A stretch of DNA of 63,986 bases, counting the filler. It is 5 parts of 5 records of this genome, joined end to end, with 100 filler letters (N's around TTAATTAATTAA, not from the genome) between each part and the next. Parts side by side here need not be neighbours in the genome. Positions count along the whole stretch, not along the records: positions 44,388 to 54,576 come from SRR2962707_3594; positions 54,677 to 63,986 come from SRR2962707_3596; 3 more parts are not named here. One strand, written 5' to 3'. Below, piece after piece: positions 48,096-59,860 of this stretch. The position numbers and the translations under genes are program-made. Below the pieces are notes generated by a model. The model did no database searches and had not been told where the DNA came from. It saw only the letters and a list, made by a program, of their open reading frames with translations. How positions within the stretch are numbered: the stretch's first letter is position 1; each line of letters opens with the position of its first letter.

Positions 48096-51000
48096 TCACC
48101 TCAGTGAGAAAGTTGGCACGCCGTACACCATCGGAAAGCAAGGCCCAGCCACATCCCCCGCTTCTCCCAATCCCAATGCCAAATTCTGTGCTTGAATGCC
48201 AGCTGCTGCAGCCTCTGCAACAGAAACACCTTTGTCCAGCCTCGCAATCAAGTCCACCGAGCACGCTGCTAGCGCTTCTGCAGTGCAAGCTTGCCGCACC
48301 AGAACCACTGTAGGAACACCTGCCAGCGTGAACAAACGCGCAGTCTGATCGACGCGTTCGCAGTTTATATGTTGCTGTGATTTTGTGGAGTCCAGCTTCA
48401 TCTGGCGGCGGTTGGAAACGTCGTTGACAGCGCGGTCTAATAGAAGCGCGAATTGGCACTGACGGGCGTCCAAGCATGCCAATTTTGAAGGCGCCAGTTG
48501 GCCCAATAGACGCTGGGGGCCTGCAGCAGAAGGCAAGGGGGACATAACAACAAAATGGGTTCGTATTCACACCAACACCAAAAGCAGCAAGTCTCGCTGG
48601 GACTGCCGCAGCGCCTAAATGCCTGCAATCATGGTGCATGCTTGGCTGAACGTAATATGCAAAAACTCACCCAAAAAAACGAATCCGGAAGCCTCGGAGA
48701 TCGTGTGAGACAGCTCTCCTTCACTTGAAGCATGCTGCTCGCGACCGGTCACAGCATTCCATGAGCCGCAAAGTTTGCCACCTGCTTGTCGAATGCGCGT
48801 GAACGAAGTCCAAACCTCGTCAGATTCGTCTTTCGGATCAACCACCGCTCTGACTTTCGAGAGTCCCGAGCCCGTGCCCTGCTGCCGCCGCAAAGCCACG
48901 ATTCGCGAGACCAGCGTGTGCAGCGAAAAATCACGTGATACAGAGCGCGACGTGGAAGCTCGAAGCACACCCACGCATTCCATCGGCAGTGCAGCTAGCA
49001 AGTCATCAAGCAGCAAACACATGTGCCCTGGGGCGGATGCTTTTGATGACTCGCTCTCAATTGACGAAAGTGCTCGTTCGAGCCACGCAAGCAGAGGCGT
49101 GCCGTCGAATACAGACTGCAACCGCAAGTATATTTGCTGCAGCTCTGGATTCGGATTCACTTCTGCACCTGACGTTGTAACCAGCCTGCGACCAAGACTT
49201 GCACACAAGGTCTCATATTCTGTCGCCAGCTCCCGGAGTTCCACCGCCTCATTCCCAGCCCACGTGTGCCGGAAAGTGCCAATGACGCGACCGTTGGATA
49301 GGACTGTCGCATACACGGCCTGGGCAGGTGCACCCCGAGAATCATCACCGTCGGGATCGTGAGCTGGGTCGTAATAATCGCTATCCGCAGACGCCACACC
49401 ACCAGCATGCTGTAACGACACAACAGTAAGGTTTTCAGGAAGCGTCTTGAGCAAGACCGGTAGAGGAGCAAGATTCGAGCCACTGACGTTCAAATTCGTC
49501 CATGCCGTCTTCGACGAAAGAAACCGCGTTGCTGCGCGGTGCGCAAGTGTCGCAGCTGGCGCTGGATGTGATTCATCCAGAAACTGACGCAGTCGCAAAA
49601 ATGTGCAAATTGGACTGCTCGGGGCGCTTGCAGAGCGGAACAACTGCTGCATACTACCAACGTTCCGAGCATGTTGATGGAGGAGCAAAAACTCCGCTGA
49701 CGCTGAAGAATTGGCAGAACCAAAGAGTTCTGCCAGTTGCAAGGAAGCTGCTCGGACACCGCGTAAATCAGAGTGCTGTTGGGCGAGATGCAAACTTTGT
49801 AACAGTCGGTGAACCGCCGTCCCTACCGCGTGGGCGACCGCAGTCGGCAAAGTGACATCACCATTTTCTTTCTCGAAGGCTTTCGCTGCAGCCGAAATGA
49901 CCGCTTGTGTCAGCGGGGTGAGGCGCGACTCGACAATGGGATTCGACATTGCAGCACCCAGCATCTCCGCTGCTTGATCCGACGGTTTGACTGCGGCGTC
50001 TCCACCCCAGTGGCTAGGGTCCTCCCCCAGACTGCCCGCAAGGCGGCAAATATTGTGGGCTGCGCGGCCAATGCCACAGGCTGCTGTCGACAACAACACC
50101 GCGCGTGATCGGGCCATCGCCGGGAAAAGTTGTCCCTGCGGCGAAGAAGCTGGGTCAGAAGGATCCATGATCGTGTGGGTGTTCAGACACCCTCCGCCAA
50201 CAAGGGCCAGTGCGTTAGAGTAGAACGATACCGCCTGCTCAGCAGGTCCTGTGGTAGTTAGGTCGGGTCTTGAGCTGTCGATCGCAAACAACCACTTCTG
50301 AACATGAGCGTCGTCGCCACTCTGTTGAGCTCCCCGCTCGCGTACTCGCGCTTCGGCCTCTGATACAGCGGCCAGGCCAAGCTCAATGAAGCATTTGGCC
50401 ATCTGGAGGGCTTTCCGTGGCACGTACGCGAAAGTCCGTGAATTTGACGAGGGTGCCGTCCCGCCCTCAGCAGCACCCTCAGGCAAACACTGTAAAGTTT
50501 GGGGTTGAAATTCCGCATTAGATTGCCATTGGCGGCGCTTCTCAACCACAGCTCGCAAAGATGAAAGAATGGCAGTGCGCGACAGACTGCTTCCATTCGG
50601 GCTAGTAGATTTGGTGCCAGCAACGCGAATGCGGAGTGCCTCGCTTGAAGCATGGATCGCCGAGCAGTGAAGAACAGCGTCGACCACTTGGGGGTGTGCA
50701 ACCAGGTCTCTACCTGCACCTTGTGCCATCAGCTGTTTTTCCAGTCGTAGCTTCTTCTTGTGCGACATTGTTGCAGCCGCAGCAGCGTCGTCGTCACTTA
50801 CCCTTCCAAGTGAAAGCCGCTCGTCTGCGCCTAAGATTGAGTGCAGGAGAGTGCCTGCCTCGTCCAAAACTGAACAAATGTCGTTTTCGGAGCCACCGGC
50901 AGAGCCTTGTTGACCGTAGAGCTCCCAAGCCAAGTCACAACACAAACGAGCCAGCAGAACCTCGGACTGAAGTCTGCCTAGCCGCATATCGAGCTTCATT

Positions 51001-54000
51001 CCAATACCTGAGGTCTCATCTCTGCCTCGAGGTGAGGGTGCATCTGAAGTTGTCGCCTCCTCGTTCAATCGTGGGGCCAAAATGGATGAGTACTGATTGA
51101 TGACCTCACGCAAAAAGGCTTGCAGCCACTTCATTAAGGAAGCGCCGTGCTCGGTGCCACGGTACACACGCCCAAAGGAGCACACCAGTGCCAAGCCTCG
51201 TTGCACAAACGCAACGTCGGCAACAGCGCCGATAAATCCGCGTTGAAAAGCTATCGCGAGCTGTTCCTTTGCCAAGGAAAAATTGCCTTCGTGCAAGCGA
51301 ACAGCCGCACTTAGTAGTGCTCCGCGACGCTCAAGCACCTGCCGGCCACTACCGACAGACGGAAGGATTGGGATATGAGTAGCAGCGTCGACGAGGAGCT
51401 GCTTCGCCGAGTCGACCTCGCCCATTTGCAGGACAGCAGCTGCTTGCTCTATCAGAAGCGAGGCAACTGAAAAATGTTTCGGCAACACACCACAATACTC
51501 ATTCATGGCTGCATTGTCCGTAGCACCTTGTTGACTTGGCTGCTCCGGCATGCCCTCAGTTAGCACGGTGGAGTATTGAAGCCGCTGCTCGCGAGTGAGT
51601 CCCAGCTTGCCTGCTTTGACGCGGCTGTGAATAGCACCGACTGAGTTCCCCAGAGCGGCATGCACTTTGGATGTCTTCAAATACACGCACTGAAGCGGGA
51701 GTGAGACGTCCGGAGTTGCGGATGCGGGCAAGCGCGCAAGGTCGCCAGCTCCAAGACCCGACGATAGAGCGCATTTAAACGTGGCGGCATCAGGCTGCGA
51801 TTGTGCGGAACGAACAAGCTGTTCCAGAACGACAAGGACAGGCAGGGACTCAAGTTCGCGGCCTATCTCACAAAGTATATCCACGAGCCGGTGCATGTAA
51901 TGACAAACAACATCAAGGCGGGGAAGGCAATGTCCATGCAAGGCAAATGGCCGCAAAATGGGATTGGTTTTCGAGAGCGTCGCCCATTGCTCAACCAAGA
52001 AACTGTTTTCGGGCAATCATAGACACAAGCAGTTAGCGCGCAGGCAACAAAGTGCTTGGTCGAATTCACGTCACGAAAAGTGGGAACTAAACAAAAAATA
52101 TTGTCACACGCACGGGTCGATGGAGTATCCTGTCCAGTCCCCACTGGATTCTGGCAGCATATACGGAGGTTGTTGCAACTGCGCCCACTGCTCAACTGGG
52201 ACATCGGCTTGGTGCAGTTTTTTCGCAAGTGCAGCCAGTTCTGCTTTTCCTTCGTCGGAATTGACCAGCTCGACATACCGCTGTTTCAGAACATCAAAGT
52301 TGATAACATCGACAGCTCGTTGCAGCATTGCAACAACTTGTAAGCGGGCTAGTGAGGCGAAATGAATGCGCTGCGTGGCTTCCGTGGTCATTTGAGCAAG
52401 CATGGTGAAACAACGGGCTGCCAGCTCGAGGTGCGATACGTTAAGACGACTTGGGCTGGCTGAGTCTGTGTTGCCAAGGACGACAATAACCCTTGCTGTT
52501 CGCCGGAACAGCGATTTACGATCCTGTGCCGGAGCCCTTTCACTGTCAACGTTTTCGGAGATCGCATCGCCATCGGTCTGAGTATCATTGGCCCCGGCAC
52601 TGCCCGCAATAGTGTGGTCTCCGCCGCTTTTGAGTGTCTGCTGTACTACGGCCAGGCGCTTGTCTTGCTCAACATCAAGCAGCACATCGATGCACTGCAG
52701 CAACAAAGATGCAGCTGTGTCGAATTTGCCTTTTCGCTGCATCCACTCCGCAACTTCCACAAGGTACACAGTGCGCTCAAAAGATTTGTCTACTGCTTTC
52801 AGTGCTTTGGTGTACGACTCCAACTGAGTGCGAGCAACAGAAGAGTTGCGTGCGAGAAGCGCCCACATGGCGGCTTGAGCCGCGGCCGACCCATTCTTCA
52901 TCTTGGCAACAGCTGCAGCCACATTTTTGCCGAGTCGTGACAGGCAAAGAACTTTGATAGACCACAACGGAGCCTGGTAGTCTGTTGGTACCATAGCGCA
53001 GGCTTCGTTGCAGCAGTCTAACCCAAGCTGCCAGTTTCGCCTGTCTTTGTGTACTGCTAGTATTGTCAAATACAACTGCACCACCGCTGCCCAGTTTTCG
53101 GCGTCGAGGCTTGAATCAGCCCCACTTTGAACAGCAGCACGAACTTCGTCCAAAATCGAATTCGCGGGGTGTAAGTTCTTGACCCGCGTGGCAGTTGAGA
53201 CAAGGAACGGCGCCGACACCTCCAAAAAGAAGCGTGCTGCGCCAATCACTAGTCGTTGGTCGCTAGCAGCACTGCCCCAACGAGCGCCGAGCACGAAGTG
53301 CGGCAGCGCTGCCTCGCGCAGCTTGATTTTGACTTCGTCGCTCTGGGATTCCCCAGCGACCAAGCCTGCAACAGCGGATCCCCACAAAGTTTCTACCATC
53401 GACATGTAACGCCAAAATTTCCGCGACAGCCGCCGGCGACCGCTTTGACTGTCAGGGAGAAGCGATGACGCTTCGTAGCAACACATTTGCACACGTTCCA
53501 GCTGCTGCAAGGCTATACCGGCTTGCGCTAGCTCTGCCCATAAACGCGCCGTTAACGCCTGGCTTTCCTGAACAGCCTCAAAGCTGAGGTTTTCGTCAGC
53601 AAGCTCGGATGCCCAAGTCGACGATGCATTCTGAGGTGAATGGCCGAGAAAAAACGTAAAAAGCATTTTGGGTGAGTTTCCAAAATCGGCAGTTTGAAAC
53701 GACACTTGGCAGCAATGCGTCAGCCCTCACGAAAACTGGCACTCACCTCACTGAGGCAATTGTACGCTTGTTCCAGCAGCTGCTTGGCGTCGGCCCGTGG
53801 AACCAAGGACTCCATCGCACCATCCTTTGTGATTTCCGGCAATTGCACTGGAGCACCCTTTCCCTTCTTGTTCCCATTTCCCCCTTTACTGTCGGTGGGT
53901 TGAGCTGCAGGTTTTGTAGCTCGAAGCAGGGCAGCAGCGGACAAAACTTTGTTCTTCCAGTGCGGCGGTTGGGCAAACACACCCAAAGCCTTTCCGCCGC

Positions 54001-54467
54001 TCTTAGGATCCTTGAATAGGGCCCTTGCGCGCACAAGAAACACCTCCTGCGTGGTTTCAGGAGATAGGTCCAGAGAATCCAGGCGAGCGCAGGTGGCCAC
54101 AGCTCCAGCAAAGTCACCACTTAGTTCGGCGCGCCAAGCCAGCGCCCGCGTCAAGTTGCAGATCATGTCGGAATCGTCGGAATCAATCGCAAAGAGCGCG
54201 TCAATGCAGTCCTGAAACAGGCTTGCAAGCTCGGGGAGCATGAGATCGGTCGCCGACTGAAAATTGCGCGCCACCACACCCATATGGTGGTTCCATGCGT
54301 GTTTGGTGACATTTTCCACCAACCAGGGCGCCTGCGATTCACATGACCTTGCATGCTGCAGTGCTTGCTGCAAGTGCACAATCACATCTTTTTTTTGCTG
54401 CACTGCCTTTGCAGGTCCAGAGTTCGAACCCACCAATCGTGCATCGTCGTCCACTAAACTACCTTCG
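48096..54467 (-). CDS. CFAP46/FAP46-like central-pair ciliary protein, multi-exon, 5'-truncated
   Basis: Large helical/TPR-like exons of about 54467-53747, 53630-52114, 52002-48671, 48520-48096 with GT-AG ends; LLLDDLLAALPME..SVSRDFSL, VVDP, LLLDRAVND, VYGVP resemble the CFAP46 C-terminus. Confidence 0.7.
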
Positions 54468-54549
54468 CTGTGAGGAATGGTGGGGCACCCCATCGGGCAG
54501 AACACAATCACTCAGTCAGTGATGTTGCTTTAAAGACCAGCGACCGGAA

Positions 54550-54576
54550 ACACACACACACGCACGCACGCACGCA
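54550..54576 (+). repeat. (CA)n-(CGCA)n microsatellite at contig end
   Basis: ACACACACACACGCACGCACGCACGCA. Confidence 0.9.
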
Positions 54577-54676
54577 NNNNNNNNNNNNNNNNNNNNNNNN
54601 NNNNNNNNNNNNNNNNNNNNTTAATTAATTAANNNNNNNNNNNNNNNNNNNNNNNNNNNNNNNNNNNNNNNNNNNN
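54577..54676. other. Artificial contig spacer
   Basis: N run with TTAATTAATTAA linker. Confidence 0.99.
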
Positions 54677-54700
54677 AACAACAACAACAACAACAACAAC
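54677..54700 (+). repeat. (AAC)8 microsatellite at contig start
   Basis: AAC repeated eight times. Confidence 0.9.
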
Positions 54701-54925
54701 GAGAAGAAGAGAGACAGAGGGAACAGGCACAGGGAGAAAAAGACAGGACGACGACACAAGAAGACGACGGTTGACAAAAGGGGTCGCTCGCACTTACGTT
54801 GCGACCGACCCCCGTGGTCTCTCTCCCCCTCTCCACTCCTTTTCTTTTTTTTTCGCTCCTGATTCTTGTAGTTCTTGTTCCTATTGTTGTTCCGGTGACT
54901 TTTTTTTTGTTTTGTGGAGAAAACA

Positions 54926-57900
54926 ATGAGGGGTGTTAATGCCGTGAGAACATCGTCGCCGAAGAGGTTGGGTCGCCTTGTGTTCCACTGCCTCGTGGTG
55001 TTGGCGCTCGGACACCTCAGGGAGCTGGAGATCTCGCGCTCAGCGACTAGGAGAGGGGCAAGCTTCGGGATATCAACTGTGTGGGCACAAGCAGACGATT
55101 CGACCTGCAGTGCCACTTGCAAAATGACGTGCTCTCTGTCTGTTTGCCAGGGCATTGTAGACAAGCTGGTCAGCGACGCCCTCGCCGTCAACACAACGGA
55201 CGACCTGCAAAAACTCATGTACAACATCACGTACCAGAAAAAGTACAACGTGGAGGAAGGCTTCTATCCGTTCGTGTTCACATACCAGGGTGTCTGCGTC
55301 GCTCATGGGCAGAACGAGGACTTTGTGAACCTTGCCCTTGGAGAAATTGTTACCGGACAAGGTGGTCAAAATGCATCGGGATTGAATTCGCTCTTTATCA
55401 GCGCGGCGTCCGCCAATGCGATTACACACCTGATGACCTACACTTGGGGCGTGGACCAAACCATTAAAGCCAGCTACCTTCTTGAACTAAAGACCAGCAT
55501 TCCAGGCTACACGACCCAAATGTACGTGAGCGCGTGTTTTGTTAGGTGCATTTTGCACACTTTGATGTTTGTCGCCTGATCACGAGTACAGTGACCCATC
55601 TTAAGTTCTCGCAATTCGTGTGACTTGGACAGGTACATTGGCAGTGGGTTTTACGTTGTGAACTGCCCCAAGCCTGGGGAAACCACAACAACGACCCTAC
55701 CTGGCACCACAACAACCCGGCCAGCTCTCAATGTGTCTTCCCTGCCGGGAAAATATTGCACTAAATATGGTGACACTTTAACGACCATTCCCGAGATTGA
55801 GAACGCTGGTATCTCGCCCACAGGACTATTTATTGATAACTCTGGTGACATTTACTTCCTTAGCACCGACTCCTCTTTGTGCGTTCTGTGGATGGCCGGT
55901 GTCCTGTGTACTTCCCTGCTTGCGCGCGTTGCGGCGGACTACCAGCTGTTTGCTGTGCTGCGTTTTGTGGCCCGTTTGCCCACCGCGTCAGTTCATTTAC
56001 ATCGGTTGCTTCTTGTTGATTTGAAAGGTACAAGTTCTCAGCAATCCTTGGAATCTCTCAACTTGTCGCTGGTCTCAATCAGCCGTTCGAGGTTGCAATC
56101 GACCCGGCAGATTTAGGTCTTTTCATCACGTGTGCGACAGCAATTTACAAACTCCCTTGCTTGAACAAGAACTGGGGATACTTTTTCTGCGAGCTCTACG
56201 ATGATACGGTGGTGATCCCTTTGGCCTTGCAGCTGACAGTTGCCGTGCAAAACATTCGTGGCATGGCTGTCACGCACAGCTCGTCCATATTCTTTGTGGA
56301 CAGTGGGACCGGTGGACTGTACTTTCACAACACCAAAGGGACCACCCTCACTACGCAGCTGTTGACTGGCTTATCGCAGCCTTACGACGTTGCCCATGAC
56401 CCCAACACTTTTGACTTGTATGTCTCAGATATCGGGACTGCAGCTGTGTATCGCTTGCGCTGTGTCAATCCTGGGTCGGACGATTGTATCGACTACGCGC
56501 CACAGTCTTCCTTGCAGGTCTGGGTGAATACGATGCAAGTGTACAGCCTAAGAGTCACAGACAACTCGACCGTGATAATTGCCAACTCCAACTCCCGGTC
56601 GATCATCGAGACAAGGAATATTGCTGCCGATGTGACAGCCACACCACAAGTTGTGATTGAAACTCTTTCATCATTTCAATCTGCAACGACTATTCCAAAA
56701 TGGTTCACCATGGATCGTCAGACCTGTAACCTTTACGCCACGACAGTGCAGGTATGTGTGGCTGTGTTTGTGTCTGTGTTGCTCTGGTGCTTGTCAACCT
56801 GTGCTTGGAACTATTGATTGAGTATCGTGAATTGTTTTGGTCGTGTTCTGTATTTTCTTGCTGGTACGCACCTCAACGCGCGTAAGACGGAGGCTGCCCC
56901 AATTTACAAGCTGCCATGTTTAAATATTACGGGTGCTTGTGGCGGTACCGGAATCTCAGCTTCGACCGGACGTTGTCAAGGAACACTGGTCGGTGATACG
57001 TGTGCAGAAAGCTGTCGAACTGGATTTCACCGCGAATCCTCATCACTCATCACTTGTTTTGAGGATGCGGCTGGTCAACCACGTTGGAGCGGATTGGAAG
57101 ACGCTTATTGCTATGCGGACAGCTGTTCGACATTTTCGACAAACCTTATCGCAGACTCTGACCCAGAGTCATGCAAAGATGTCAATTCGTCGCAGAGTTG
57201 CGTCCCGTCTTGCCTTCCTGGGTTTCATCTCGACACCCAGGATGGGGATGGGACAGCCCCAGTGAATGAGTCTGCTATCTTCGCTGCTGCTCCAGTGTGC
57301 GAGCGGGGATCATGGGCAGCCTCACCTTCGTGAGTTTGCACGGAATTTTTGAGCTCCTGTGGCAAACTGAAGTGAGTTGTTTTGTCTTTGTGTGTTTGTG
57401 ACTCTGTTGATCGTTGTTCGCTTCTGGCGTAGGGGCCACCTGTATTGCCTCCCGAACCCTTGCGATGCACTTTCTGCCGAGGACATCGACGCGATTGAGG
57501 AAAGTGAGGAAGTTTGGGATCTCTGCAAGAACTGGCCTAGCTCGTACGTATCAGTCTAAGTCGGGATGAATGATCATTGCGCTTTTATATCGCAAGACAC
57601 TGTTTTCTTGCTTGTCTTGATATTCTTCGTATTGCACTCATGTTGACACCTGCTTCGACATTTTGTTTTTTGAAGGGTGCAGTGCAAGTACGTGTGTTCG
57701 GAAGGTTACGTTCAAACCGACAGCCCCTATGTGACATGCGTCAAAGGAAATTGGACGAAATTAGATGCAGCAGCATGCACAAACTCGGCTACTGGATGGA
57801 ATTTCATCGCATACTTGGCAGTCGGTGCTGCAGGCGTGATTCTCGTCATCGTTGGAGCCGTAATTATTGCAGTATTTCTGCGTCGGAAAAAAAGGTCACG

Positions 57901-59512
57901 CAAGTTGTCTGTGGACGGGCGCGGACTGATAGTGCGTTCAGGCTCTCACAAGCAGCTGAATATGCCGTTGGTTGTGACAGCCCTTGATGGCATGGAGGAC
58001 ATGACTGGTTCCGACAAGGACACCCTACATTTGGCTTCTCCGTTGAGTCAATTGAAGTTTCAAGGTCCAAATACCAGCGGACTCATAATTGGAAACAATG
58101 AAGTTCGGAAGCTGCAGCGAATCGGGGCAGGTCCGTGCCACCCAATGAATCGAATTTTCTTTGGTGTTTTGCTTTTTTGATCAAACACGTGCTGTGTTTT
58201 GCAACTGACGCATTACATTCAGGCGCCGCTGGCCAAGTGTTTGAGGGTCGATTCAATGACTCGGAAGTGGCATTAAAGGAGATATACCAGCACCTGATGA
58301 ACGGCGATATTGAGGCGGTGTCGAAGGAGGCACGCATTCTGGCTTCCCTGCGACATCCGAACATTGTAACTTTCTACGGCATGTGGGAACATCTAGATGT
58401 TGAGCTGAGTACGTGGTGCATTGCGCTTTGGGTCGGCCCCCATCGATTTGTGGCAAAGCCTCTTCTCCCGCGTCGCCATAGCTGTTTGAAGATTGCTGTG
58501 TTGACTCCATCTGTTGCAATGTGAACCAAACTGTGAACTTGTTGTTCCAGAGCAATGGCGTGTGTACCTAGTTCTCGAGCTATGCAAAGGAGGAGACTTA
58601 GGAGGATGGATTGACGACCCCAGGAATGCAGATGTGCCCTTAGCTCCAAGAATGGAATGGCTTCTTCAAATAGCGCAAGCCATGAAATTTTTGCATAGCA
58701 AAGAGCCTCCGATTCTTCACCGTGATTTGAAGCCTTGCAACGTGCTGCTGGATGGTCATGGTCAACTAAAAATTTGCGACTTTGGCATTTCTGTCATTTG
58801 CGACGAAACCAAATTGAACATGTCCATGACGTCCAATGTGGGCACAATCTCTTTCATGCCTCCAGAGGCAATGTGCGTGATCCATGCCTTTGCTTTAATT
58901 TTTTGTGAAAGGTTGGATTGAAGGAGTCTGTGACTTGAGAAGGTTTGGTTGTCCAGCTGACGTACATTTATTCTGCGGCATAGGTCTCTCGAACGCATGG
59001 TGCAAAGTAGAACAAGCAGGAAGTGGGATGTGTACTCGTTTGGAATCCTTTCAAGTGTTCTGCTCACTGGCAAACACCCGTATGCAGGACTTGCCGCTGA
59101 GCAGGTTTACGTAGGTGTCTGCCTTCACGGCACTCGGCCTGGGCTCCCTGATGCACTCGAAGCGTACGCCACAAAGTTGATCACAGAGTGCTGGGCCCGT
59201 GAGCCCGAGGATCGACCCGACTTTACCGCAATTGTGAGCGTGCTTCAACACAAGGGTGCCCCAGCTGACGGTGGTGAAAGTGTCGGCTCGGAGTCAGATG
59301 AGTATTCAACCACATCTACACCGCGGCAGCGCCAAATCAAGAGGTTCAGTTTGGTTCACGATGCAGATGGCAACGTCTCGTTTGAAGCCCTCACGGACAC
59401 AGCTGGCCACAACGAATTATCATCCGAGCGGCTATCAACGCAAAGCGTAGCTGGAGGCTCAATCAGCCCCCCACGTGACAATGGTGACGGTGACGATGAC
59501 GATGGGAATTAA
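54926..59512 (+). CDS. Single-pass receptor kinase: Cache-like domain, Thr-rich linker, NHL-like beta-propeller, CCP/sushi-like Cys modules, TM helix, TKL-type kinase; about 9 exons
   Basis: Exons of about 54926-55521, 55633-55878, 56028-56751, 56887-57329, 57433-57543, 57676-58130, 58223-58408, 58550-58872, 58984-59512 (GT-AG); TM FIAYLAVGAAGVILVIVGAVIIAVFL-RRKK; IGAGAAG, VALK, HRDLKPCN, DFG, MPPE, DVYSFG, CW...PEDRP. Confidence 0.85.
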
Positions 59513-59860
59513 GCGTGGGTATGTGTGACCCTCAGTCCCTCCGCATTGTGATAAGCGTAAGAGCCTAGTTTCCCCTGACGTACACAAGGGATAGCTCCAT
59601 TGACAGCCCAAGACAGCCAAGAAGTTGATACTCTGCCTGATGACAGGGCATTGCTTGACACGATCATTGTGTCAGCTGTCTGTGTTGAGTTCGGGCCACT
59701 CCAGTTTCGAATTTTGGCTGATTTTCTAATTTTCAAAATTTTCAAAATAATAATGTAACGCACATGTACCTACTGTTGAACAGTCAGCGAGATGGCTAAG
59801 TTGTGGCGAAACCCTTCCTCGCCACTTAGGGCGAATTAGGATCCCAGCTACAAGGCGATA

